Assembly: GCA_030390025.1 (NCBI GenBank)
Contig: CM059425.1
Location: forward strand, 260,958,001-261,022,000
DNA: 64,000 nt
Origin: Squalus acanthias
Taxonomy: Eukaryota
Direction: 5' to 3'
Position 1 is the stretch's first letter. Each line of letters starts with the position of its first letter. This document shows, one piece after another, positions 12,001-23,358 of this stretch. Position numbers and translations under genes: made by a program. The notes beneath the pieces are model-generated. The model was not told where the DNA came from, did no database searches, and worked only from the letters and a program-made list of their open reading frames with translations.

Positions 12001-15000
12001 AAACAACAGCCTTTGAAAAAATGACATCAAGTAAAAGAAATACCTGCCGTAAAATAGTTATATGTTAAACTTAGAAACAGGAAACAGGAAACACGATTAA
12101 ATATGCAGCCAATTGAAATAGCTAAGAAATGCAAAAAACACCCTGGTTGAAGCATTTTTGATTTACAAGTTGTAAAAGTTACAAATAGGAAGGCTTTGAA
12201 AATATAATATCAATAGATGACACCAAGCAATTACATTGTGTTTGTATTGAACATGGAACACCACGGAGTCACGACGTCTGGCTTACAAGCAGTTAAGTGA
12301 TTTTAAGAATTCAATAGAAAGACTTCCTAAGAATAGCATCAAATAGATAAATCGACAATAACCATAAAAATGATAAGTTTTTGAAACACCTAAAGGTAGA
12401 GACAGAATTCTAAAAGTTGGCAGCTGAAATGACAGTAAGAATAGAAAAAAATTCAATTAAGAATCACTAGAGATAATTAGCTTACATCAGCAGGAAACTT
12501 CAAAGAAAATACCACTAAAAAAAGGTATAAAAATAGAGCTTTTCAGATAGAGAGTCAGAAGTCGCTGGAAGGGCAAACGTTTCTCAACTTCACAGGCATG
12601 CTCTGTAAGTTTTCAACTCTGAGTCTCGGGTAATCAAGGTATTTGATTTTGGTAGATATTCTGGATTAAGAAATAAGTAGAAGTGTGGAAATGTAACGAA
12701 GTTAAGATTTGAGAATAAGGATCTCTGATAAGAAATGTAAGCTATTTGTATTTTGAATGGTTAAAGTCGTGATTGACTTATCAGCTGTTAACTGAATGAC
12801 AGCTCTTAAATAAATCTATATATTTTTAGAATTGTCTCAAGTAGTATTTCTGTATCAACCTCGCAAACTCAATTTCAGTACACTCTTCAGAGAGGAGTTG
12901 CAGAATTCTGGGGGGTTTCCGGACCCTCATAATATCCAGAAGGTTACACTCTAGTTAAACTTATTAAAAGTGCTATCCGGAGGACGGTAACATCTTCAGG
13001 CCATTTCTTTCCTTTAGGGAGAGGTAGTCTGACCTTTAGACCCAATTAAGCATCTCTAGGATTCAGCTACCGCTAACTTTAGTTGAAGGTGAACGTCTGG
13101 GGAATACGCCTGATCTGGGGTAGTCTGAAAGGGCTAGGACTTGTAATTATCCCTTCAAACTAGCAAGAAATATAAAAACAGACAATAAGAGCTTCTACAG
13201 GTATATAAAAAGGAAGAGAATAACTAAAGTAAACATTAGTCCCTTAGAAGATGAGACTGGGGAATTAATAATGGGAAACAGGGAAATGGCAGAGACTTTG
13301 AACAAACCCCTTCATCTCCGCAATCAACCTCGTGAACCGCCTCCAATGCAAGTATATCCTTTGTTAAATGAGGAGACCAAAACTGTACGCAGTACTCCAG
13401 GTGTGGACTCACCAACGCCCTGTACAGATGTAACAAGGCTTCCCTACTTTTATACTCCACTCCCTTTGCAATAAAGTCCAACATTCCATTTGCCTTCCTA
13501 ATTACTTGCTGTACCTGCATGCTGGGGAAGCTGGTTACAGAGAACGTCAGCGTATGACGTTTCATCTGTCAAAAATTTTTGACAGTTGAATTGTCATCGT
13601 TTGCTGGAAATAGTCATTGCTTGGCACTTGTGTGGCGCGAATGTTACTTGCCACTTATCAGCCCAAGCCTGAATGTCATCCAGGTCTTGTTGCATGCGGG
13701 CATAGACTGCTTCATTATCTGAGGAGTTGTGAATGGCACTGACCACTGTGCAGTCATCAGCGAACATCCCCATTTCTGATCTTATGTTGGAGGGAAGGTC
13801 ATTGATGAAGCAGCTGAAGATGGTTGGGCCTAGGACACTGCGCTGAGGAACTCCTGCAGCGATGTTCTAGGGCTGTGATGATTGACCTCCAATCACCACA
13901 ACCATCTTCCTTTGTGCTAGGTATGACTCCAGCCAGTGGAGAGTTTTCCCCCCGATTCCCATTGACTTTAGTTTTACTAGGGCTCCTTCATGCCACACTC
14001 TGTCAAATGCTGCCTTGATGTCAAGGGCAGTCACCCTCACCTCGCCTCTGGAATTCAGCTGCTTTGTTCATGTTTGGACCAAGGCTGTAATGACATCAGG
14101 AGCCGAGTGGTCTTGGCGGAATCCAAACTGGGCTTCATGTGAGCAGGTTATTGGTGAGTAAGTGCCGCTTCATAGCACTGTTGATGACACCTTCGATGAT
14201 TGAGAGTAAACTGATGGGGCGGTAATTGGCCGGATTGGAACTGTCCTGCTTTTTGTGGACAGGACATAGCTGGGCAGCTTTCCACATTGTCGGATAGATG
14301 CAAGTGTTGTAGCTGTACTGGAACAGCTTGGCTAGAGGCGCGGCTATTTCTGGAGCACAAGTCTTCAGCACGATAGCCGGGATGTTGTCGGGGCCCATAG
14401 CCTTTGCTGTATGCAGTGCGCTCAGCCGTTTCTTGATATCACATGGAGTGAATCGAATTGGCTGAAGACTGGCTTCTGTGATGGTGGGGACCTCAGGAGG
14501 AGGCCGATATGGATCATCCACTCGGCACTTCTGGCTGAAGATAGTTTCAAATGCTTCAGCCTTGTCTTTTGCACTCATGTGCTGGGCTCCACCATAATTG
14601 AGGATGGGGATATTCATGGAGGCTCCTCCTCCCGTTAGTTGTTTAATTCACGACTGGATGTGGCAGGACTGCAAAGCTTTGATCAGATCTGTTGATTGTG
14701 GGAGCGCACTTTCCGCTGTTTGCACTTGGCTTCCGTTTGCTCCCGGCGAAGAGACTCAAGGTGTTCGGCGCCTTCCCGGATGCTTCTCCTCCACTTTGTG
14801 CGGTCTTGGGCCAGGGATTCCCAGGTGTCGGTGGGGATGTTTCATTTTTTCAAGGAGGCTTTGAGGGTGTCATGGTAGCGTTTCCTCCGCCTACCTGGGG
14901 CTCTCTTGCCATGTCGGAGCTCCGAGTAGAGCGCTTGTTTTGGGAGTCTCGTATCGGGCATGCGGATGATGTGGCCCGTCCATCGGAGCTGATCGAGCAT

Positions 15001-18000
15001 CATCAGAGCTTCGACGCTGGGGATGTTGGCCTGAGTGAGAACACTGACATTGGTGCGCCTATCCTGCCAATGGATTTGCAGGATCTTGCGGAGGCAGCGT
15101 TGATGGTTCCTCTCCAGTGCTTTAAGGTGCCTGCTGTACATGGTCCATGTCTCTGAAGCATACAGGAGGGCGGGTATCACTACTGCTCTGTAGACCATGA
15201 GCTTAGTGCCGGGTTTGAGATCATCGTCTTCAAACACTCACTTCATCAGGTGACCGATGGCTGCACTGGCACACTGAAGGCGATGTTGGACTTCGTCATC
15301 GACGTCTGCCCTTGTTGACAGTAGGCTCCTGTGGTATGGAAAGTGGTCCACGTTGTCCAAGGCCTCGTCGTGGATTTTGATAATCGGGGAGCAGTACTGT
15401 GTGGCGGGGGCAGGTTGGTTGAGGACCTTTGTCTTACGGATGTTTAGTGTAAGGCCCATGCTCTCCTACGCTTTGGTGAAAGTGTTGACGATGGTTTGGA
15501 GTTCGACCTCAGTGTGTGCGCAGACGCAAGCGTCGTCTGCATACTGTAATTTGATGACAGATGATGGGACAACTTTGGATCTGGACTGGAGGCGATGGAG
15601 GTTGAACAGTTTCCTGTTTGTTCTGTAGATTAGCTCCACTCCAGCGGGGAGCTTACTGACGGTGAGATGGAGCATTGCAGCCAGGAAGATCGAGAAGTGT
15701 GTTGGTGCGATGACACAGCCTTGCTTGACCCCGGTCCGTATGTGAATTGGGTCCGTGGTGGATCCATTGGTCAGGATCACAGCTTGCATGTTGTCGTGAA
15801 GCAGGCGGAGGATGTTGCCAAACTTTTGAGGGCAGCCGAATTTGAGGAGGACACTCCATAATCCCTCACGGTTGACAGTGTCGAAGGCGTTTGTGAGATC
15901 AAAGAAGGCCATGTACAGCGGTTGGTGCTGTTCCCTGCATTTCTCTTGTATTTGACACGCAGTGAAGATCATGTCCATTGTGCCCCTTAGTGGGCGGAAT
16001 CCGCATTGTGACTCTGGGAGGAGCTCTTCAGCCACTGGGAGAAGGCGATTGAGGAGGATTCTTGCGATGGCTTTCCTTGTGGCAGACAGCATGGAAACTC
16101 CTCTGTAATTACTGCAATCGGACGTGTCACCTTTCTTGAAGATGGTCACGATTACGACGTCTCTGAAATCTCCTGGCATGCTCTCCTCCTTTCAAATAAG
16201 AGAAATGAGTTCATGTATTCATGCCAATAGTGCTTCTCCGCCATGCTTTAGTGCCTCGGCAGGGATTCCATCTGCTCCTGAGGCCTTGTTGTTCTTCAGT
16301 TGTCGGATGGCCTTTTCAACCTCATGCCGGGCTGTGGTTGTGCTGAGATGGTGGCGGGTAGCATGCTGCGGGATGGAGTTGAGGACACTCGCGTCAAAGA
16401 CAGAGTCTCGGTTAAGGAGATCTTCGAAGTGCTCCTTCCAGCGGGCACTGACAGCGTCTCTTTCCTTGATGAGTACCTCTCCGTTCTTGGCCCGCAGTGG
16501 GGTAGGACCTTGGGTGATTGGGCCATAGGCGGTCTTGACTGCGCTAAAGAATCCACGCACGTTGTGGTTGTCGGCTAGCTGCTGGATCTCCTGCGCTTTC
16601 TCCGCCCACCACCTGTTCTTTAGGTCGCAAATTTTTTGTTGGACCTCGGCCTTCCGGCATCTGTAGAACTGCTTTCTTGCTCTCGAGTTGTGTTGCTGTT
16701 TCCAGATCAGGAATGCCTTGCGCTTGCGGTTTATTAGCTCCTGGCTCTCCTGGTCGTTCTCATTGAACCAGTCTTGGTGTTTCCTGGTCAAGTGACCGAG
16801 CGTCTCTTCACAGGTGCTGATTATGGAGGTCTTGAGTGCAGACCAGGCGCTGTGGACACTCTGGGCTGGATTTTGAAACTGGAGTTGGGTTGGGGTCGGG
16901 AATCACACATTCTGGCTTGTAAACCCGCCTCCATCGAGATGTGGCCAACCCACTGTATTTTCCCTTGATTGACCTTGTTGAGCCCGCCCAGTGGGCTCAG
17001 CAGGCCAATTAAGGGCCACCCGGCAACAGGTGACGTCACAGACTGATATTTCATCTGTCAAGAGCTTTTGACAGATGAAATATCAGCGTTTGACAGCTCT
17101 GTGAAGCTGTCAAACACTCACAATATGATTTCTAACTTCAGTCCTTCCTTTCAGGCTGACGTAGAAATCATTCCAGCACAGAAAACAGAAGGCTGCCGTT
17201 TCTGACAGAACCACGGCTTTCCTGCTTTCTGTGCCGGTGAGATTTCTAACTCCCGAGAACAGAAGGGCTGACACCTGCAGGAGAAAGTTAAGGTAAGTAA
17301 AACTTTTTCCAACACTTAGCACTTACCTTACACACTTACCTCTGCACACATGCACCCATCACTCACCTGCCCACCAGACATATCGACCCCTCCAACCCCT
17401 GCAGACACACGGCCCGCCCCGATAACTTGGCGTGGTTGCCACCTGTCAGGAAGCCCACACTTTTCTTTTTAAAATAGGGATTATGCAAAAAACTGCCTGT
17501 TAACTACCTGTTAACAGGCAGTTAATTATCACTAATCCCTTCCCGCCTTGGGGAGTCGGGTCTCAGCACAGGTTGGGTACCCGCCGCCAGAGAAACTGGC
17601 ATGGAGGCGGGATGGGGTCGGGACCCCCGAATCTGCAACTTTAACCCCCCCCCCCCCCCCGCCGCCTCCAAACCCGACTCCACGGGTCATTGAAAATCCA
17701 ACCCTCTGTGTCTCTGAATCACTGGGAGTCGTCAGGCTGGTTGTGAGGCGCAGGCTGAATAGGGCTTTCTTAGCAGGGTCTTTGAGTTCTCCAGCGTTGA
17801 TTTTCCTGCGGCGTTGTTTCTGTTGCTGCCGCTGTTTTGGGGCTACGTTGATGGAGGTGACTGAGTGAATCAGGCAGTGATCTGTCCAGCAGTCGTTAGC
17901 TCCTGTCATGGCGCGGGTGATGCGGACGTCCTTGCGGTCCCTCGCTCGGACGATGACGTAATCCAGCAGATGCCAGGGCTTGGAGCGAGGGTTTAGCACG

Positions 18001-21000
18001 GTGGTAGTGCCACACAGCACAATGGAGGGTGTCCTCAGTGTGAAGAAGGGACTTTATCTCCACAATGACTGTGCAGTGGTCACTTCTACCAATACTGTCA
18101 TGGACAGATGCATCTGCGACAGGTAGATTGGTGAGGACGAGGTAAAATAGGTTTTTCCCTTCTGTTGGTTCTCTCACCACCTGTCGCAGGCCCAGACTGG
18201 CAACTATGTCCATCAGGACTCGGCCAGCTCGGTCAGTAGTGGTGCTACTGAGCCACTCTTGGTGATGGATATTGAAGTCCCCCACCCAGAGTGCATTCTG
18301 TGCCCTTGCTACTCTCAATGCTTCTTCCAAGTGGTTTTCCAAGCTGATGCATCAGCTGAGGAAGGGCAGCAGGTGGTAATCAGCAGGAGGTTTCCTTGCC
18401 CATGCTTGACCTGAAGCCATGAGACTTCATGGGGTCCGGAGTCAATGTTAAGAACTCCCAGGGCCATTCCTTCCCGACTGTATACCACTGTGCCACCACC
18501 CCTGGTGGGTCTGTCCTGCCGGTGGGACAGGACATACCCAGGGATGGTGATGGAGGAGTTTGGGACATTGGCTGAAAGGTATGATTCTGTGAGTATGGGC
18601 TGGATTTTGCCAGCCCTGGGGAGGCAGGTTTTGAGGCGGGACTGCCGGGAAAATGGCAGAATCTGGGGGCGGGTACCCATCCCGCCCCCAACCCGCCGAC
18701 ATACCACATTCCCAGGAGGCCGGTAGCCAACCCGGGCAGTTAAGAGGATTATTCCCATTTTTCCAACAGAGGCACGAGCTTCCCGACATCGGAATTCCCC
18801 GCCAGGGTCAGCGAGACGAGCAGTGGGTCTGCGGGGGTCGGAGGGGTGCAAAAGTGCACTGTGGAGGTAAATGATGGGTGCAAGTGTGGAGAGGTAAGTA
18901 TGTGAGGTGAGTGAAAAGTGATAGAAAATGTTTACTTACCTTTGTTTCTTCCTGCAGGCTTTAACAGTTGAGGATGCGGAGACACTCGCATCTCTCCGGC
19001 AGAGATGACAGATGTCTGCTGCATTCTCCGATGCAACAGCCATCTGATTTCTGCTCACAAAAGAGGTTTGATGAGTCTTGAATACAAGGACTCGTCAAAC
19101 AACACAGTGTTTGACAGCTTCACAGAGTTGTCAAATGATGACAATTCAACTGTCAAAAATTTTTGACAGATGAAACGTCATACGCTGACATTCTCTGTAA
19201 CTGGCTTCCCCATAATTGGCCTGCTAAGCCCGCTGGGTGGACTTAACAAGGTCAATCAAGGAAAAATAGCGTGGGTTGGCCACAAGTCGATGGAGGCGGG
19301 ACTAAAACCCGACAAGCAGCAGTCCCGCCTCCAACACACCCCCATTGGCAAAATCACCCCCTATGACTATGTCAGGCTGTTGCTTGACTAGTCTGTGGGA
19401 CAGCTCTCCTAATTTTGGCACAAGTCCCCAGATGTTGGTGAGGAGGACTTTACAGGGTCGACTGGGCTGGGTATGCCATTGTCCTTTCTGTAGCCGGTGC
19501 CGGCTTGGTCCTCCTTTGCTGAATTCTAAAATCCTCAGGCTCACTACTCTTTTTGGCAACATTATAAGCCTCTTCCTTTGATCTAATACAATCTTTAACT
19601 TCTCTTGTTAGCCACGGTTGGACCACTTTTCCTGTGGGGTTTTTGTGCCTTAAAGGAATGTATATTTGTTGTAAATTATGTATTAATTCTTTAAATGCTG
19701 GCCATTCCTTGTCTACCGTCATACCTTTTAATGTAATTTCCCAATCTACCTTAGCCAACTCGCCCCTCATACCTACATACTTTGCTTTATTTAGATTTAA
19801 GACCCTAGATTCGGATTTAACTAAATTACTTTCAAGCTCAATATAACATTTTATTATATTATGGACACTCTTCCCTAAAGGCCCCTTTACTGCAAGGTTA
19901 TTAATTAACCCTTTCTCATTGCACAATACTAGATCTAAAATAGCCTGTTCCCTAGTTGGTTCCTCAACATACTGATCTAGAAAACTATCTTGCATACACT
20001 CCATGAATTCATCCTTCACACTATTACTGCAAATTTGGTTTGCCCAGTCTATATGTAGATTAAAGTCCCCCATGATTACTGTATTACCCTTGTTACATGC
20101 ACCTCTAATTTCCTGATTTATAATCTGCCCTACATTATAACTACTGTTTGGGGGCCTATAAATAACTCCCACCAATGTTTTCTGCCCCTTGCTGTTTCTT
20201 AGCTCCACCCAAACTGATTCTACTTCTTCATTTTCGGAGTTAAGATCCTTTTGCTCTACTGTCTTTATCCCATCCTTTATTATCAGGGCTACCCCCTCCT
20301 CCTTTTCCATCTTGACTATCTCTTCTAAAAGTTAAGTATCCTTGAATATTTAATTCCTAACCTTGGCCACATTGCAACCACGTGTAAGGTTTCCAAAATT
20401 TGCAGATCCCCAAAACCTAAGGAAAAAGGACTTTGGAACTACCTCAGAGTGATAAAATGCATTTGGGCCTAACATAAGGAATTTAAGACCAAAAACCAAG
20501 TTTTGGCATTTTAAAAGACATGTCTGGACCTGTGAGGGAGAAAAGGCTGCACAGGAGGTGGGTTCGACCTCTGTAAAAGCAGTTTTGGGTATTGCAGTTA
20601 AATTGCATTGTCTGGGGAATCGGGATGACCTCACTCAAGCCCCAGCAAGCATTAACATTTGGACAATAGACCCTGGGAGAAGGCAGCCCCACCCAAAACA
20701 GAGGCCCCATTAAAACCTATCACAGACCCATCAAAACCATGCATAATTCAAATCGCTCAGGACCATTCTATAGAAAAACCCGAGTCCAGCCTAGAAACCC
20801 AAAACACAAAACTAATCACCTGTAATCAACCGAAGAGATCGACAGGACGCAAGCCATTTGACACTTAGTAAAGTTGTTACTGTTAACGAGGTCTTACAAT
20901 GACCGGGATTTGATTTGGTTTTGATAAGGCCACTTCAATTTAGTATAATTGAAGGCCCATCAAGCAGTTACAACAGTTCAAGTTCTCCAGTAAAACAGTT

Positions 21001-23042
21001 CAAGTTAAACAGAATTGAAAGCCTGTGTTGAACAGAAGTCAGGGCTGCAGTTACAGAAGCAGGCAGAAGGCAGTTTCCACAGTTCTGCAAGTAGGCAGTT
21101 TCCACAGTTCTGCAAGAAGGCAGTTCCACAGCTCGGAAGAAGACAGTTTAAACAGAGGCAGAGTTACAGCAAGAAGTTAAACAAAGAAGGCCAACAACTT
21201 CACAAGCAGACCGACACGCAAGAAGAAACCAGAGCGACTGCCTCAGTGACCATCGGACACCTCGCGGCAACAAGGGCCTTACGAAACCTTTTACTCAAAA
21301 GACTCTAAACCCTAACTCTCAACTGTCAAGGATTCGTTTGGTGAGCATTATCCCTGGTTCTCCAGAGTCCAACCTAGCTAGTGAAGTGGGATTGGGAGGG
21401 GTGAAGTATTCTTCTAATGTTATTTCCCTCGCTTGTACCGAAGTGTTCCCCAGCTTTAGAGTGATAAGAGTGTTTGTGTTGTGTTTTACTTCCTTGAATA
21501 AAAGTCAAAGTTCTTTCATCAAACCTGTTGTCTACTGCACCTTTGTTCACGACCCCTAAATAAGTCCAAGGTCTAGAACCAGGGGCGTGGGAGCGATTCG
21601 AACCGCTCACTGAGTCAGAGGTGAGGCTGACCCCCGCACACCACCCCCTACACACGTCTCTGTAATGGCTATTAGATCAAACCTATTAATTTCCATCTGC
21701 GCAATTAATTCATCTATTTTGTTGCGAATGCTTCGTACAGTCAGATATAGTCCCTTTAGCTTTGACTTATTTCTGTTTTTCCCTGATGTCACCTTAGTCA
21801 CTGGTCCTTTATTACCTTTGTTACTCTCTCTGTCCCTTCCTGACCCACTCTGCTTATTTTTACCCAAAACTCTACTCTGCTCACGAGCCTTGACATGTCT
21901 CTCGTTGCTTTTAAATTTACTCTTTCCTGAATCCTCCTATCCAAGGACAAGAGATTTAAATTGAATGTATGATGGGATGGGGTGCCAGAAAAGGTCAGGG
22001 GGTGATCCTCACGAGCAGCCAAAAAGACTGGCAGGAATAGACCAGCTGGCACCTTCGGGGATGAAGAGGAGAGAGAGAATAATCACTTCTCCCAGACAGC
22101 TGCCTACACCAGCTCTTGGCTCCCTCTGCCACATCCAGTATCTCCACCACCCTTGATTTCCCCAGCCAGACAATGGCTAACCACGCTACAGGACAGGTTG
22201 AAAAATTAATCAAAGAGGCTAATGGCATATTCGCCTTCATATTGAGAGGGCTAGAATATAAAAGGGAAGCAGCTTTGCTACAGCTATACAAAGCTCTGGT
22301 TAGACCGCATAATGTGTACAGTTCTGGGCACCACACATAAGAGAGGACATATTGGCCTTGGAAAGAGTGCAGTGCAGTTTCACCAGAATGTTACCAGGTC
22401 TCCAAGGGTTAGATTATGAGGAGAGATTACATAATCTAGGCTTGTAGTCCCTTGGATGTAGAAGGTTAAAGGGTGATTTGATTGAGGTTTTTAAGACATT
22501 GAAAGGAATTGATAGGGTAGATAGAGAGATATTTTTTCACTGGTGGGGGAGTCTAGGACAAGGGGACATAAACTCACATTCAGAGCCAGGCCTTTCACCA
22601 GAGAAGTTAGGAAACACTTCTTCACGCAAAGTGTGGAACTCTCTGCTGTAAAAAGCTCAAGAAATAATTTTAAATCTGAGATCGATAGATTTTTGCTAGC
22701 CAAGGGTATTAAGGGATATGGAGCCAAGGCGATAAGATACAGATCACCATGATCTCAATGGATGGCAGAACAGGCTCGAGGGGCTGAATGGCCTCCCCCT
22801 GTTCCCATGTTTCTTGTGTCTCGCTAGAAACCAGACGCTCACTCTAACCCTCCCTGTTTCTCTGACTCTGACCGTCGCCGCTCTGGACTTTCACCCACTC
22901 ACAACCCTGCGGTGAAATGATAAAAAGGAGCAGTTTGTGCAACAAAATGAATTTGAACAGTAGTTATTGGAAAGCACCTACTGTAACCCCGCACCGAGAC
23001 CGACAGCAGGACTGCGGAAAGCCAAACGTAGAGAGAATTCAT
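1..23042 (-). CDS. Siglec-15-like activating Ig-superfamily receptor, copy A (309 aa; leader-V-V-TM(Lys)-short tail); join of 22982..23042, 6332..6730, 5619..5972, 2120..2219, 1..16
   Basis: Five exons with GT-AG boundaries and compatible phases (1,1,1,2). They total 930 nt, open from ATG at 23042 to TGA at 3..1. Product: MNSLYVWLSAVLLSVSVRGYKFSRNGWTM...YRCRVLL...SVRAASGSVSVV...YLCLVE...LEVIHVAEAFPIAILCIPLGVKLLALFVMCIILFREKTRKEQD*. Confidence 0.85.
140..1865 (+). mobile_element. 5'-truncated, degenerate CR1/L3 LINE in the last intron (copy at ~39005..40730)
   Basis: [36 protein letters not shown] and FADD motifs with stops and frameshifts; 3' tail ttctatgattctatgat. Confidence 0.95.
2120..2219 (-). 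CDS. Copy A exon 4, transmembrane segment with central Lys
   Basis: Polypyrimidine tract plus ttctgttcag acceptor, donor CCAG|gtatgt. Encodes VAEAFPIAILCIPLGVKLLALFVMCIILFREKTR. Confidence 0.88.
2598..4282. repeat. 30-bp minisatellite, ~56 identical units TCACAGTGACAGAGGCAAATACAAGAGTAC
   Basis: Perfect 30-bp period, preceded by degenerate related units at 2421-2597. Confidence 0.99.
4683..5540. mobile_element. Nested pair of tRNA-derived Deu-type SINEs (SacSINE1-like): plus-strand copy 4774..5205 inserted in a minus-strand copy
   Basis: A box TGGCTCAGTGG, B box GGTTCAAGTCC and 3' tail ...aaagcgctttgggacgtc...gctatagaaatgcaagtctttcttt. Reverse-complement halves lie at 4683-4773 and 5206-5540. 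TAGTCA flanks the inner copy on both sides. Confidence 0.85.
5619..5972 (-). CDS. Copy A exon 3, second V-set Ig domain (V2), lacking the Siglec Arg
   Basis: Acceptor tttcctcag, donor CATG|gtaaga, 354 nt, phase 1-1. Motifs VTLPCMFTRP, VTW, RYELVG, DNHTYLCLVE, TRLEV. Confidence 0.92.
6332..6730 (-). CDS. Copy A exon 2, Siglec-15-like V-set domain (V1)
   Basis: Acceptor ccccacag, donor AGAG|gtgagg, 399 nt. Motifs WTM, VLPCSFTHP, VMW, extra Cys pair FNC...LC, RFRFVGN, DSGDYRCRV, matching the Siglec-15 V-set pattern (LPCTFTHP...FRC...LC...RFRLLGN...YFCRVE). Confidence 0.92.
6845..8310 (-). mobile_element. Degenerate PIF/Harbinger-derived element with a Myb/SANT-like ORF remnant (copy at ~44251..45683)
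   Basis: Minus-strand translation ...DSLHMLMEGV...NAAWLHIAQE...RRTRLQWRKPFNDL resembles the Myb/SANT protein of Harbingers; GC-rich ends. Boundaries approximate. Confidence 0.55.
8362..8897. repeat. 69-bp minisatellite, 8 units (AGTGAGTTACAGTCTGGAATCTAATCGAGGGGTT...)
   Basis: Unit starts at 8362, 8431, 8500 ... 8845. Confidence 0.97.
8895..9218 (-). mobile_element. Two stacked CR1 3'-end fragments
   Basis: Two reverse-oriented CR1 3' UTR ends (...ggaggccattgagcccctcgagcctg... and ataagaacataagaaataggagcagg...). Confidence 0.75.
9219..13305 (+). mobile_element. 5' half of a CR1 LINE (5' UTR, ORF1 zinc finger/SGNH esterase, APE endonuclease), decayed and split by a solo LTR (copy at ~46867..50947)
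   Basis: ORF1 at 9594: CCSCNMWE...CSKC...GDSIVRG...CCLPGARV. Endonuclease motifs YLNA, GVVYRPPN, DPLGKSDH, with frameshifts. Confidence 0.92.
11712..13157 (+). mobile_element. Solo LTR, 1446 bp (copy at 49359..50799)
   Basis: TG...CA ends, imperfect terminal repeats TGTAATGGGATAA / TTATCCCTTCA and 4-bp target duplication AACT. Removing it restores the CR1 sequence gagagtaaactagcaagaaat. TATAAAA at ~12526 and a downstream AATAAA. Confidence 0.85.
14706..17996 (-). mobile_element. Decayed RTE-clade (BovB-like) LINE (copy at ~52348..55638)
   Basis: LLPESQCGFR, QEKCREQ, FFDLTNAFDTVNR, GVKQGC, LQYADD, LRWTGHIIRMPDTRLPKQ motifs, with stops and frameshifts. Confidence 0.92.
16863..17704. mobile_element. 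Harbinger-type MITE inserted in the RTE (copy at 54504..55346)
   Basis: TIRs GGGCTGGATTTT / AAAATCCAACCC, 3-bp TSD TCT; the RTE sequence rejoins across it. Confidence 0.85.
18597..19361. mobile_element. Harbinger-type MITE (copy at 56238..57070)
   Basis: TIRs GGGCTGGATTTTGCCA / TGGCAAAATCACCCC, 3-bp TSD TAT; splits the LINE motif PDIVI-LTESY. Confidence 0.85.
19506..21945 (-). mobile_element. CR1 endonuclease-region fragment split by a solo LTR (copy at ~57215..59655)
   Basis: SIRNKIDEL, AITET, GVIYRPPN, IMGDFN, PLGKS motifs. Confidence 0.9.
20383..21652 (+). mobile_element. Solo LTR, 1270 bp (copy at 58092..59361)
   Basis: TGTAAGG...CCCTACA ends, 4-bp TSD CACG, internal AATAAA at ~21497; the CR1 sequence rejoins across it. 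Confidence 0.85.
22190..22815 (+). mobile_element. CR1 3' fragment (copy at ~59900..60525)
   Basis: LLQLYKALVRPH and ESRTRGHKL motifs plus the CR1 3' UTR. Confidence 0.85.
22982..23042 (-). CDS. Copy A exon 1, signal peptide MNSLYVWLSAVLLSVSVRGY
   Basis: ATG with G at -3, hydrophobic core and V-R-G cleavage-like end. Phase-1 donor ACA|gtaggt joins in frame to the V1 exon (A+AG = Lys). Identical in copy B. Confidence 0.75.
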
Positions 23043-23125
23043 CGCCAGATCTTCGGTGTTCCGTCCTTCTCCCTCGCTGCTTTTTGTCTCCTGACACCGA
23101 AATACAGAAGTTGCTCGAAGTATTT

Positions 23126-23289
23126 TTTCACTTCCTGTGGAACCTGCAAAAACTGTTGATCAATCTCACTGAATGCAAGAGGCTAAGAGGAAGTCTCTTT
23201 ATGTTGAGCACAAACCGAGAGTGAAGTGTTGCTGACTAACAGACCAGGGATATTTATATAACTGCTGGCAAAAAGAGGCAGAAACCACA
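23126..23289 (-). promoter_or_regulatory. Putative myeloid/lymphoid promoter of copy A: EICE, PU.1 site, TATA-like element, RUNX site
   Basis: GGAAGTGAAA (minus, 23126-23135, Ets-IRF composite consensus GGAAnnGAAA), AAGAGGAAGT (23185-23194), TATATAAATA (minus, 23251-23260), AACCACA (23283-23289), all within 250 bp upstream of the ATG. Confidence 0.55.
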
Positions 23290-23358
23290 GCATCAAGTGA
23301 GAATGAGAGATGCTGCATTAGCTTCCAATATTGTTGGCAGAATGTCCATCGAGCTCCA

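Larger units (their letters stand above)
13601..19505 (-). mobile_element. Decayed CR1/L2-group LINE of a second family (segments ~13601-14700, 17997-18596, 19362-19505), interrupted by an RTE and a MITE (copy at ~51243..57215)
   Basis: KQQPDIVI / LTESYL...RQDRPTRGGG, WVGDFN, SIGRSDH, KAMGPDNIP, NYRPISLLS motifs. Confidence 0.85.

Noticed and set aside
22870-22960. Alternative leader or micro-exon (LFKFILLHKLLLFIISPQG; acceptor ccgcag)
   Set aside because: No in-frame ATG (upstream TAA), and joining it in phase 1 to the leader or V1 exon creates stop codons.
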